A stretch of 63,103 nucleotides of DNA, filler included, from Basidiobolus ranarum (lineage: Eukaryota): the NCBI GenBank assembly GCA_040143965.1. It is 3 parts of 3 records of this genome, joined end to end, with 100 filler letters (N's around TTAATTAATTAA, not from the genome) between each part and the next. Parts side by side here need not be neighbours in the genome. Positions count along the whole stretch, not along the records: positions 21,131 to 42,068 come from JASJQH010000216.1; 2 more parts are not named here. One strand, given 5' to 3'. Below are positions 27,823-40,365 of this stretch, piece after piece. The position numbers were made by a program, and so were the translations under genes. The first letter of the stretch is position 1, and each line of letters begins with the position of its first letter. A model generated the notes under the pieces. It had not been told where the DNA came from. It ran no database searches and was given only the letters and a program-made list of their open reading frames with translations.

Positions 27823-29273
27823 CTAAAATGTGGTGGGGAGGTCTTTGTTTACATTCACATGATGCACTTGCTCGAGGTTTTTGCTCTTCTTAGCGTGTCT
27901 AAAGGCTAAAGCTTGTCCAAATACGAAACCGATAAGGATAAGGCATACCCACGCAATGTAGAGTCCTACCAACACTTTTGACGCTGTAACAAGCTTAAGA
28001 CCTAAGCCGATGTTTACCCAGGCCAGGAGTACAGTCGATCTTCCAAGCCATTGGTGCATATGCTCATACCAGGGGGACTTGGGTCTGTTTGGTTTCCAAA
28101 GTTTGTTCATGACAAAACCCAAGACAATTTGACAGGCCATGGCTAAAAGAACAACCAAGCCTATAATCTGCATATCGAATGAGGATTAACTTACTAGCCC
28201 TATGAGACGAGGGTCAACTGGATAAATGGTTTACCTGATGTGATGTCTTGAAATGATTTCCCTCACTTAAGATAATCCCTAAGACAATGGCGGTGATAGT
28301 GAAAACTGCTACCCCACCAAACATTACACCTCTGTGAACTATGAACCACTTGTCCCATGTAGGTAGTCTCCACTTAAAATATCTCGCAATAAATACCCTG
28401 ATGATTGGGATAGAAAATCTTAGTAAATGGTATGGAATGTATCAGTCTCGACTAAATTACCCAAATGGCGCGAAAGCAGCCCAGGCAATGAACATCAATG
28501 AGGCTAAATTGTAAGGCGCACCGTTGTTTTAGTTGATGACAGCTTGTTCAAAATAGCAGCAAACCTCGCTTACCATGTGCCAACATCATCGATCTTGCTG
28601 CTTTATTCTCAGTGGCTTGTCCAATGGATCCGGGTTGGGACAGATCAAGTGTGAAAGTTCCTTTTGAGCTGTGAGGAATAATATTTGCAGCAACTGAGTC
28701 AGAAGTAGGTCTTGTAGCACTCACAGCCCAGATGAAATCTTTGGTATCTTTTGTGATAGGAGAGGCATTAGTGGTGTTCGGCTGTTGTAAACGTCGAAAG
28801 TTTACGATCATTCGATTGGTTTGGCTGTTAACTCCACTTCCTCCTAATAGTTGAACGTTTTGTTCGGCATTAGCAGTTGGTTGTACATGTCCGGTGGATT
28901 TTCGGTTAGAGAGCACCATTTGGTTTTGAGAACCTAGCCAGGAGATCTTAACAGATTTTGTGATTAAAAGATGTTGGCATAGAAAGTATGTGAATGTGCT
29001 TCTACTTACATACATGTCAGCGTCCCTCATTGACTGACCAACACCCATGGCCACCCAGCTAGATTCAAAGTTCAGTAACATAGTATAAGGGCACTTATAT
29101 AACTAAATAAGAATATACCCAGTGGTAGGAGGAACCTCCATTTGGATATTAGCATATCCATCATCAGTAAGGTCTATGTTAAAGCACGCATCTTGCGAAC
29201 AATATTGACTAGACATTGTAACTTGCAGAGCGGTGGTAAGTACACCGATTAGCTGGATTAGGTTACGAAACAT
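27823..29273 (-). CDS. DOMON domain + cytochrome b561 membrane protein, multi-exon
   Basis: Signal peptide, WVAMGVGQSMRDADMY (DOMON), then b561 histidine motifs LAHG, WFIVHRG, TSHQIIGL and HMHQWLGR. Confidence 0.9.
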
Positions 29274-31829
29274 TCTCTGTAGCAAATGGAAAAATGGTGA
29301 GACAAGAATATGTAGCACAATATGGAGAAGTATGCATACCTGTGTCGTGTGGTTTTAAGGTTTATGTGGAATATGTTATGGAGAGTTTATGGATCCTGTA
29401 ATCCTGGGAGATTGGTAGATAAAAGATTTAGAGCTTCAAAATAAGATGTGAAGTAGCAGGCATGGATCTATTTATGTAGAAATTCCGATGGTGAATCGCA
29501 CTGGAAACAATGTATACACTAGCAATACATCTCTAGCTACACCACCTGGTTTCGTATATTTTTGCAACAGTTGAATTTGCAGAATCGATGGAGTGACACA
29601 ACGCCAATTGATGTCTTGAAACACCTCTATGAAGCGGATATCATTGAGTGCAAACAAAGGTAATTCCTTGAGTTCGTAGATTTCTTAGAATTACCAAGCC
29701 AAAAGTAGTAAAGCCTTAATCGATTTCGGAGTTACAAACCCAGATCACTACAAGCATTTGTAAATCATGAAGTTCTCATCAACTGATTGTAGATTTGCCA
29801 AGAACTTTCAAAAAAAATCACGCACAGAGAAAGCGCAGGCGATAGGGAGATAGATTATATTATGATCACTTTTAATATCTAGCAAAGCTTAATAATGCCC
29901 TATTTCGGTTTGCATCAAAGACCTCAATTATCAATCAAACGAGTATTCGATATGTTTGACTGGCCACTCAGCCTCCAATTAACGTTGGTTTCAACAGAGA
30001 CACTTGGGCTACCGATTAGAAGGACAAGTTGATAGAATGACTACGTGCCGCTGCAGCGCCTATATCCATGCCTGTACAGAATGTGCAGAGAAACTGTGTT
30101 CCCGGTACTGAAGATTTTCCACCCTTCGGTATACAAGTCCGGCACCATATAAGTTTGAAATCCAGGCTTGTATTGTATCGGTATGATAATCCCCCTACCA
30201 GATGTCAATCCAATTGATTATTAAGGATTGGATCGGGTCGGGATAATAATGCTACGGTTGGGTAGTGGGTTTGATTGCACCATAACTTGATTGAGTCGTA
30301 TCAACGAGCTTGACTGGGTGCTCATCGTGCCAGGACTTACCAATTCAAATGAATTGATCAATCACTTTGAAATCCCCCTATTGGTCATCTATCTGACAAT
30401 AAACATACGGCCTTTAAGCAAGTACTGATAAGTGACCTCACTCAAGGCTTATCTTGGCTCAGACTTCACAAGGTTCACTCCTAATCGCTGATTGCTATGG
30501 GACTCGCACTCAGAGTTCATGCTATAGGGTAGCCTAAGATCCTGCCAATCCATGCGACACAGAGCATGGTTGAGATTTGCAGGTTGAATACTGATATTGT
30601 TGATGGAACATCAGATCGAAAGACGGGCTCGATAAGGAAGGGTGAGTCTACCGGGATATTTCAAGTTGATATCTTCCTTCTACATCACCGTGCGGCTCAT
30701 TGATTAGTTGCGCTTCCACTCAGGCCAATTGCTAGGCAGTATAGCTCAAACAGTACAGCTCTACTGTGGCTATTTTGGTATCGAACGTTTCTTCGTATTA
30801 GTATAAGCTAGTCATCAGTGACGAACCGAATCGAACCTCGATAACTCCATCCAACTATAGCTTGAATACTGAAAATTGACCGATTGCACCATATTCCAGT
30901 CACGGTTACCGTAATTGATAAAATGATGTGCTTCAATAGACCAAGCACCGTTGGATATATTTTCTCTCGTCCTCCTCACACTTGTATTTGTGATGTGCTG
31001 GAGAGCATTTGGATGCATTAATATGCGATTTGCGAATTCTCTTATTCCGCTCGATATTTATTACATCTTCGATCATTTGTATCGACATGCTATTGTCCAC
31101 TTGGATGGTACTCACTCATATGCAGCCAACCATGGTTACATGGACTACTAAATCCTGGCAATAAAGTGGGTTTTATTCGTTCAGGTCTGCGCTCAGCTTC
31201 CATTTGGATATCAGGTACCTGACTAGAGTTAATTGAGGTGTTTAGTGCTCCTCCAGTCGCTTCTGATGCGGTATTGGCAGCTCCTCTTAATTAAATTAAA
31301 CAGTATATTAACCAATCAGGATATCTATGAGACTGCCATTATCACAGCAAAACCTAGGTGACCATTTAGATGTGGAGGTCGCTGAATCAATCTGCCACCA
31401 GTGTTCATTCAAAAGCTATCTATTTGTCACACGATGGATTTGTTATTGTTCTTTCCCCAACCTTTGGTACCCAGCAACCATTTACCATACTTACCTTTCG
31501 ATTTCGATATTTTTAATTTCAACGATATACAAGCAGTCCATATGGTAATTACCTGCGCCATATCATGTCTGTGATAGATCTAGGCCTTTATCAATTGGGC
31601 CATCTAGACGTTGATGGTAGGGTAAAGGACAAGTGGTTGTACTGAAAAGAAAAAAGATTTACTTTGCAGAACTTCCATGTATAGCTTGCACCTGAAAATT
31701 TAATTTGAAAAAATGTTCACTGACCGAACAAAAGGACCTGCTAAATAGGATAGTAATGGAGCCGTAATATCTTGTCAAAGGGTATATAATTAAAGCGGTA
31801 TAGCTTGGTTTTCATTAATATTACGGACC

Positions 31830-32684
31830 ATGAGGCTGACTACAAGTATCATTAGAATGTTGACCCTGACGACTTTGTGTCTTCTCGTTGATTCTCAAGA
31901 TACGGCCAAGTATGAAATGAGTATGACTTGGAAGATGGACCCCGATACCCCTGACACATGGCGACTTGATGGCCATCCTGATAGCTTGAAACGTTTTCAC
32001 GTAGTTCAAGACCCCATATCATCTGTGCCCGACGACAAGATCTTCCAAGTAGAATATCCCAAGTGGCGTTACTCTCCAGCTGGCTCCCACGACTCTGGTG
32101 GCGTACACTTCTATACAAATCCGTTTGGTAGCCGCATGTTTAAAAAAGCCATCCTAACATACGAAGTTGGTTTCCCTAGCAACTTCGACTGGGTAGAAGG
32201 CGGTAAACTACCAGGAATATTTGGTGGGGACCCGTCCGATGGATGTTCAGGAGGGAGGCAGTCAGATGGAAAGCACTGTTTCTCCACTAGATTAATGTGG
32301 AGAGCTAACGGAGTTGGTGAAATATACAACTATATACCGCCACAAGGGGATGGGTTTTGTGAACAACAGAATATTGTATGCGATGATGCGTATGGTATCT
32401 CTTTGGGGAGAAACTTCAAGTTTAGCAGGAGCTGGAATCAGATACATCTATTTGTTCAAATGAATGACATTGACCAAAATAATGGTAGTGTGGAGCTCTA
32501 CCTTAATCACACCCTTGTTTATAAATCAGATACCCTCATCTACCGTAGCTCTGATAAGCTAGGAATCAACTCGATGATGTTTAGTACTTTCTTTGGGGGA
32601 TCTGAACCCAGATTCGCAACTCCCGTTGATACTGAAGCTTATTTTCGAAACGTCCAATTTAGCGTTGGCGATGAGATTTTATGA
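31830..32684 (+). CDS. Secreted polysaccharide lyase family 14
   Basis: FDWVEGGKLPGIFGG, CSGG, CFSTRLMWR, GEIYNY, YGISLGR, FSTFFGG; intronless, with signal peptide. Confidence 0.92.
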   Translation: MRLTTSIIRMLTLTTLCLLVDSQDTAKYEMSMTWKMDPDTPDTWRLDGHPDSLKRFHVVQDPISSVPDDKIFQVEYPKWRYSPAGSHDSGGVHFYTNPFGSRMFKKAILTYEVGFPSNFDWVEGGKLPGIFGGDPSDGCSGGRQSDGKHCFSTRLMWRANGVGEIYNYIPPQGDGFCEQQNIVCDDAYGISLGRNFKFSRSWNQIHLFVQMNDIDQNNGSVELYLNHTLVYKSDTLIYRSSDKLGINSMMFSTFFGGSEPRFATPVDTEAYFRNVQFSVGDEIL

Positions 32685-33785
32685 AGTTATTTCTGGAAAA
32701 TAGCTACTATAGAACAACCATACCACTAATATAAGCCTTACCCTAGAATAAATAACCATTTGAACTTCTTTAACAGTTAAACCGTGATAGCTCGAGATCT
32801 TGGAATCGACAACCAAATCAAATATGACAATGTAGCGACTGAACATACCTAAGATCCAACAGTGAAGCAACTGGGATTCTGATGTAAATGTTTAATGATT
32901 TATATCATCCATTCAATTAGCCTTGTGGATGTTGCGCTATGAATGTATATGAATTGATTCACACAGTATCATAACATAATTATTCAGCCGAACCTTATAC
33001 TCAAAAAGTAGCCTACAGAACCAACTGCGATAAAAACCGTTGTAGTAATCTTCTCGACATGAATCAGATACCAAACTCACCAGCATCTCCACTAAATGAT
33101 TTACCTATCATGTCCGATACCAGGATTAGTAATGGCAATTTTCATTCCATTTACCAAGCTTTTGATCCTCCCATGGCCACCCAATTCGAACTCACTAGCG
33201 TTACTTATAAATGTAGCTACCATGTGAATTTTACCTGATTTAAATCCATTTTAAACGAGATACCTTGCGCAGACAAAGGCATCTCTAATACCACATTATA
33301 TTGCATACTGCTAAACACTTTTGGCAAAATCAACACCAAGGATTCCTATCACGTTAAAGGGTGGAAGCTCTAGGTCGAAGAGGAAATTGTACAATCTAAA
33401 AATAGCGATCACTAATGTGCTGGGTGTGTTTTTATCTACCCACTCAAGTGCGTGGCCATTATGGCGTATAAAGAGAACTTGGCCCAAGTGATTTAGATAG
33501 TGAAGACACGGATCTTACTCACTTCGGTACTAGCTGTGGTTGGCTGAAAAATTCATGTTAGGACTAAACAATGACACGGTCACCTCATAGTGATTCCAAG
33601 CTTTGAAATTCAACATGATGTACAGGATCTGACAGATGTAACCCTAGTGTTTCTTCAGATAATCCCATAGATGAATCTTCGATATGAAAATGGGGAACTG
33701 ATTGCATTTATTAATCGAATGAGAAATGAAAGGTGCGAAACTCGGAAATGAAGTTCTTATTAATCTATTACTTCATCGGTTTAAT

Positions 33786-35360
33786 TTAGAATAAACAAAG
33801 TACCAAGTATAATGTGATGAAAAGGGAGGATGTTGAGCTGATGGTGAGAGATATCGCACTGCTATGTGGCACTTTGTTGTTCTGGTTTTGGGTACCAGCC
33901 AATCTTGCGCAATTAGTAGTGTCTTGCTTACTAGGGGTCACAACTGCACTCAAACCATCGAAATTACAAACAGTTTCCTTCTCACCATTCTTGGTATAAT
34001 ATTGATTAAACATATAAGACAAGCGTTGAGGTGTATCACAGGTAGAATATACTCCATAAGTACCAGTCTCACCATTGCTAGAGATAGCATCACAAGACGC
34101 CTCCCCACAGAGCCAGCTAAATAACTTCCCTACATCTACCGTAGTTGAATTGGTAGGTTTGGATGAATAGGCACATTTAAGTGTATCGGTCATACATTTA
34201 CAGACATCCTCCGAAGGTGTGCTCGGGAGTTTCGTACTGGCTTTCCAAGCGGCACCAACTTGTGGGCATTGGCTTGGCTTTCGGTTAGGATCAGCTGAAA
34301 ATGTATCCATATTCAACACCTTTGGACTGACTGCTGATAAAGCATTCTTGTAGTTATCGTAGTCGGGTCTTTTGGTCACTTCGCCGCTAGAGCTAATATT
34401 TACCAATCCATAGTTGTTATCTTCTTGGGAATACTCATATACGATCCCTCCAGAAAATGTATCCTCCATATCAGGACCGTAAATAGATTTAACTTCGTGG
34501 AAGCTACGCACGCCGCTAGTATTACAGCCATATTCGCTCAAAAAGATGGGAATGCTATAGTCGGCATATTCCTTGGTTCGATCAGCAAACCCGGAACTTT
34601 GGAAAGTCGCTTGATCCCCACACCAAGAGTAAATATTGTAACCGTAAAAATCGGCCTAAGTTCAAAACAATTAGTATATATGTATGATATAGTGCACAAT
34701 GAAATAGCCTTCACTTACCCTCTCAGAGTCATCACCACAGTTGAAATAGTGTGCGATATCAAGTCTAATATCAGCATCATCATTGGTTGAGTAACCGATG
34801 GGAATATACCTCGGCTTGGTACGCATATAGGCCTTCATGTCACGAATAACAGCTTTGACAAAGGGAGAAGAGGAGGTTGTAGGAATATCATTAGGAACCT
34901 CATTACCGGCAAAGAAACCAAGAACATTGTTGTATTTCGCGAAGGCATCTGCTGTCTTCTTGTAGTTGTCAAGTAAATCTATGTCATACTCAGGATCCTT
35001 ACGATTGATCGAGTAAGTAGGTGTGGCAATATCCAATACCAGGTAAATACCAGCATCTTCCAAGGCTTTCATACACTCATCGTGATTCAGAGTATGATCA
35101 ACCTGATAGACTCGAATAGTGTTAAGGCCCAAGTCCTTGAAGTTCTCGATGTCACGCTTACAGGTAACAGGATTTGCAAGTGGATCGTCCGATGTTCCAC
35201 GCGCTCCTCCTCGAGGCTGGTACGCAACACCTTTAATATAGAATTCGTTTTTGGTGACGCTGTCAAAGAACTTGTGTCCCTTAATAACAATAGGATTCAA
35301 CGCAGATGCTGAAGAAATATAAACCAGCGAGATCGCCGACAGGACTGATAGAACTCTCAT
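33786..35360 (-). CDS. GH72 1,3-beta-glucanosyltransferase (Gas1/Gel family) with X8/CBM43 domain and GPI signal, 2 exons
   Basis: FYIKGVAYQP, LGLNTIRVY, FFAGNEV, SEYGCN, FSGGIVYEY, Cys-rich X8 domain, hydrophobic tail; intron ~34657-34718. Confidence 0.96.
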
Positions 35361-36828
35361 GTGAATTAAAATTAAGATGGCTGGTTGTATATCCTAGTGT
35401 GACACCTTTTATATGGCAGGAAGCCATGTAAACAAATTCAAGTGTATATATAACGACATCGATTCTCGAAGGCCATTGGCTATTTGTTTCCCGCGAATTT
35501 CCAATTCAATCTGGCCATATATATATATATATAGAGATTAGACGTAACAGCTGCTATAGGCAGCCTATAGATTCTAGAAGACTTTGATTGAGCACATCAT
35601 GGTCAGCATTTCAATGCACAGCCATATCGAGTCTAGTAATAGAATTCTTTTGAATGCAAATCATTGAACTGAAAGCTTGATAGACTGGTGCCCAACTTTG
35701 TGCAAGATCCGCTCTCTGGGTTCACTTGCAGAATAGACATCTTTCATCAGCTGCTGCATCCAAAAGTGGATACCTCTCAGCGCCCATAGAGGTATATATG
35801 GTGTAAGGCATGCTGGTTGCTCGATCTAGGACTACCTATCTTGCAAGCGCTTTCATTGCAAGAATTCCTCAAACAAGTCATTATTCTGCAACCAGCGCGT
35901 CTGATTGAAGAAGCTTCATGTAACTAAACATTGAGATGAATCGCGATTGGTTGGCAAGGAAAATTGAAAAGTATCTCCAATCGATAAAACCGGATTAATT
36001 GACAAAACCAAGCTATATCCTGACATATCGAGGTAAATAGATTGAAGCCACATTATCGATGCGTTGCGTGCAAGCCAAGTGCACCTTGACATTAACCTGC
36101 AGGCCCATGTCAAAAGGTCATGCCATCAATGGCCAAGCCCTGGTCTACTGCTCCACTGTCAAATGATCTTACTTGACTATTGTCGTCAGCCTTAGTTAAC
36201 TAATAAAATCGAAGGGTATCTCGGTTCGTCAAACACTTCTCACAGTCTACATCGTGCTTGGTTCTAATTTAACAAATGTTGAGGTTGTTTACGCTTCCTG
36301 AATTCATCTAACTGGTTCGTTGAGACGCGCGCTCTATGACGTAAGAGAGTGGGTGAATGTAGCTGCTGAACTACTAGAGAATTTCTGCTGTTTCGGAATT
36401 TATCATCGACCTCTCTGTTTGGTGTGGTGTCATGTATTCTTTGTCACGTGAGAAACATTGCGATAAATCTAAGAGGTTAATCCAATCTAACTCCTCCATG
36501 GAAATTTACGGATTCATGAATTTTACAATTCTAAAATAAGGAGCTTTCAATGTTAATTTTATGTTACGGCCAAAAACCATTAACATAACCTTACTAATTT
36601 ATTTGTAACATCATTCCCTATCTTACCTTTTTCAATCATCTAGACCTTCTTTGACTTCTTATACTAGTTTAGTACCCCTTCAAAACCTAAAGAACCTTCC
36701 CTCTAAGCCAACTCGCTCTAGACCCAAAGCTATTTGGTTTTGAAATATCCCTGAACTGAGTAAGACTAGTCGTAGTACCGGGCTAATAGCAAAGAGCATC
36801 ACAAGTCACTTTACTTTAAAAAGATATC

Positions 36829-39078
36829 ATGGTAGAGATTTGGTCTCTCGCTGTGGCCTTCTTTTTTGGGGGAGTTTTATTAACGCCAATCATCTTTGCT
36901 GCTACCGCTTTCATCCTTTTCTATTGGTGGCAAAGTCTTGTGTTAGATCACAGCCCGTCATTAGCAACTCGTTTTGACTCGTTGTTGCCAAAGCCACACA
37001 AAGAAGCTCAAAACCAAGCTATAACCCAGCTAAATTCGAGATCTGGCTGGATACGTATGACAAAGGAGTTCAAAGTAGACCATGTCGACTCGAACAATAT
37101 ATCAGGCTTAATGATGCAAGGAATAAATAGTTTAATCGAGGGGAAAAACGCTGGTCCCAAACGGCCAAAGAATTCATACTTTGCTGTGCTCAAACATGAG
37201 ACACTTTCCCTTTATGCAGATGAAAAGATGTTAGAATGCCAGGGAGTAATAACTCTTTCTTTCTATACCGTCTCGATTTATCCCTCTTACCTGCCTGATA
37301 ACGAAGTCTTCCATAAAGAATTACCAATAAGATTGAAGAAGAAGACCGTCGAAGATGATCTGATGGAAGACACTAAGAGTGACTATTATATCTTTGTAAA
37401 CACGCCAGTTTTCAAAGAAGATTGGTTTTTTGCACTATGTAGAGCATCTAGACTAAAAAAATGGGGAGCAACTAATACTCAATTCGACCAAAACCCTGCC
37501 AACTTCGAACCTACCGCTATGCGATTGTTAATTGAGAAAGTGAATTCAGATGAGCACCATCGACAAACACAATGGTTAAATGCATTTATTGGAAGAGTAT
37601 TTTTAAGTATGTACAAAACTCAAGCTATCAAGGACTTCATGATTCGTAAAGTACTACTCAAATGTACTAAAGTCAAACGACCATCATTCATCAAAGAGTT
37701 TGTCGTTAAGGATTTATTACTTGGTGATAATGTTCCCTCCGTGACCCACCCCAGGCTAATCGATTTGAACGCAGTTGGTAATATGACTGTGGAATTTAGA
37801 GTTCATTATAGCGGAGGGTTTAGTATGGAGATCGAGACCGAATTAACTATCTCTATGCCGCCGCTTATAAAAACCACTACTATACCTGTGAAGGTTGCTG
37901 TAAGAGTGAGAAGTCTTGAAGGCCGTATGCAACTCAAAATAAAATCACCACCGACCAATCGTCTTTGGATTGGCTTTACAGAGGAACCCAACATCTCATT
38001 GGATATCGTGCCTATTATATCCGGTAAAGTTATCCAATCCACACTAATCCTGAAGGCCATCGAAAGGCAGATCCGTACGGTGCTGAGAGAGGTCATAGTC
38101 TTACCAAACATGGACGATACTCCCTTTTTTCCTTCAGAAGGGCTGGGTGGGATATTTGATGTTGCTGGTATTTCTAAATTACAATCTGAGGTGGTTCTGA
38201 GTCCTCAATCGGAGCCGGATGACGCGGATACTAGTATAGAAGACAATATCATCAACCGCGAAGAGCTCAAAACCCCTACCGAGATGTTCGAGGACAATGG
38301 GGCTGGAAGTAGTGGAAACAGTGACGAATATAGTGATAACGATTATTTTCAGGAGATAAACGAGAACTTGGCTGTTGTTACACAAATTTCGTCAGAAGTC
38401 ACACTTAAAGACCCGGTAAATCTTGCCGTCCCCGAAAGAAGTCAAACAGCCCCTGTTATATCAACACCTCCCACTGCCAACTCTACACCTATGATGACTT
38501 CGTCCAGCTTAGGAAGAATGAAGTCAACCGATGGTTTTGCTTTGGAGGGAGGACTACCTAACGTAACAGCTGTTACCCGTGGTTACGCCATGGCCAAAAA
38601 TACTGACCTTAAAGACTCTGGGTGGTGGAAAACCGGTAGGGATCTAAAGCGTAACTCTCTAGCAAGTCTTATACCTGTTATACACTCAGTAGAGCAATCA
38701 AAAGAGCAGCCCTTCAACGACAAGCTTGGCAAAATCAAATTGCTACCTTCGTTAATGGCATTTCGAAGTTCTACTTGGGGAGCTGCAACAACCTCCAAAG
38801 AGAATAGCAGCACCAGTGACCACATAAGTAACGGTCAAGCAAGTAAAGCCAACACCAACTCCTCTTTCGCCAACTCACCAACATTATCTTCCATTGCCTC
38901 TATCTTCTCACATGGTAACTCGATGTCTACTAAGTCATCAAATATAGAATCCAAAAGCAATGCAGTCCCAGAGGCCGAGGAGCCAAAGGAATCCACTCCA
39001 GGATCTAGCAACACTACCATCATATCATCACAAACAACAAAATTCTTCACCTCGTTATTCACACCCTCTTCTACTTGA
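36829..39078 (+). CDS. Nvj2/TEX2-like membrane contact-site protein (TM + PH + SMP)
   Basis: N-terminal TM segment, YFAVLKHETLSLY and KEDWFFAL (PH), QWLNAFIGRVF, IKSPPTNRLWIGF and IVLPNMDDTPF (SMP), Ser-rich tail. Confidence 0.9.
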   Translation: MVEIWSLAVAFFFGGVLLTPIIFAATAFILFYWWQSLVLDHSPSLATRFDSLLPKPHKEAQNQAITQLNSRSGWIRMTKEFKVDHVDSNNISGLMMQGINSLIEGKNAGPKRPKNSYFAVLKHETLSLYADEKMLECQGVITLSFYTVSIYPSYLPDNEVFHKELPIRLKKKTVEDDLMEDTKSDYYIFVNTPVFKEDWFFALCRASRLKKWGATNTQFDQNPANFEPTAMRLLIEKVNSDEHHRQTQWLNAFIGRVFLSMYKTQAIKDFMIRKVLLKCTKVKRPSFIKEFVVKDLLLGDNVPSVTHPRLIDLNAVGNMTVEFRVHYSGGFSMEIETELTISMPPLIKTTTIPVKVAVRVRSLEGRMQLKIKSPPTNRLWIGFTEEPNISLDIVPIISGKVIQSTLILKAIERQIRTVLREVIVLPNMDDTPFFPSEGLGGIFDVAGISKLQSEVVLSPQSEPDDADTSIEDNIINREELKTPTEMFEDNGAGSSGNSDEYSDNDYFQEINENLAVVTQISSEVTLKDPVNLAVPERSQTAPVISTPPTANSTPMMTSSSLGRMKSTDGFALEGGLPNVTAVTRGYAMAKNTDLKDSGWWKTGRDLKRNSLASLIPVIHSVEQSKEQPFNDKLGKIKLLPSLMAFRSSTWGAATTSKENSSTSDHISNGQASKANTNSSFANSPTLSSIASIFSHGNSMSTKSSNIESKSNAVPEAEEPKESTPGSSNTTIISSQTTKFFTSLFTPSST

Positions 39079-40117
39079 CGCAACGAATAATACTCTACCT
39101 AAGGGTAACCGTATATACAATATAATTGTTTCATTGAATACCCACTCCATACCTAAGTGACTGAACGATATTTTTCACCTACGAGTTATCACTCCACTTT
39201 TATTTTACCACTCTCTTTGTGTTTTCACTCTCTAAGGTTGACATCTCAGTTGTGTCATTCTTTGGTATACTCGATTATTCTACTAGTTAGCATATATCTT
39301 TCGTTCGTTCGCACACCGGTCTCGCGAATTATTTTAAATATTTCCTCAACAACTGTATAAAAGAATTGAATTCCGCTTCAATGTGAACACCACTGTGTTG
39401 CTTCTACGATCAAACTATTCAATAAACTAGCCTCTTGTCAAATTAAACGATTTAATGGTCGCACATTATCCTTACCTAAGAATTAGCGTGACCAAGTATT
39501 ACCTGCTGAGACTCTCAAATTCAAGAACACCTTGAAGTCTAGAACTATTACAACCTTTATAGTCACTGCATATGATTGATTGCCTGAATCCTGTATATCA
39601 AGTTATACACCAACCTCAATAACAACCGCATCTTAGCATCATCCAATCAACTTCCCCATCGAAATAGTCTAAATTAAAGGTTTGTTTATGGTTAGGAAAG
39701 GGTAGAGCATGAAGACGAGTACGGATGCGGGTGCGGGTATTGGTGTAAGTTACAGGATTATGGATGACTTCGATTTCCAGGTGGAACGCCATTTAACCTT
39801 TTTGGAGGAACATCAATTAAACCAAAAGGGATTGTTGAGGAGAATTCAATCTACTGCCCAGAAAATACCTGGGTATCAGTTGTTGACAGGCTCCGACTAT
39901 TCCCTTTCTTCCCATGGGATGCGTCTGGAAGAGAGTTAGGTCACGACCAACATTTTTCTCGATTGCTGCCAGCTCACAGAGAGTAATATTTGACGTATTG
40001 TGACGAAGAATGTGTCCAATGAAAAGGGTACCTGTTAAATTGAAGAAGAGGAAGGATTCTGTATATAATCGCACGACGAAGTGGTATGCTTTACAATAAA
40101 CCTCGAGTCCAACCAAG

Positions 40118-40365
40118 ATGAACATCACCAAACTTATTTCCACCACCCTCTTCCTCGGGATATTTACAATGGCAGTGAACGCTGACAAGTGTAAGTTGTG
40201 TATTGGACTAATTGGTCACTTTCTCCCTTCAACGAATAAGAATACTCACTTGCCTATCTATATTTAGATTGCGGAGGAGGATCCAAACGTGAATGCCACT
40301 TTCAATCGTACCCACCAAAGCAAGTCTGTAACTGCGTCGCTTGCACATATCCAGTTAATTGCTAA
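40118..40365 (+). CDS. 56-aa secreted six-cysteine peptide, 2 exons (40118-40190, 40268-40365)
   Basis: MNITKLISTTLFLGIFTMAVNA-DKYCGGGSKRECHFQSYPPKQVCNCVACTYPVNC*. Intron GTAAGT...TACTCAC...TTTAG (77 nt); TATATAA at ~40062. Confidence 0.8.

Noticed and set aside
30815-31548. Short ORFs upstream of PL14, one with a hydrophobic start
   Set aside because: Non-ATG start or no supporting promoter, paralog or motif.
35517-35533. (TA)n microsatellite
   Set aside because: Short, ordinary simple repeat.
39709-40188. ORFs 39709-39939 (+) and 39817-40188 (-)
   Set aside because: No recognisable motifs; the minus ORF is the antisense shadow of the spliced peptide gene and its promoter.
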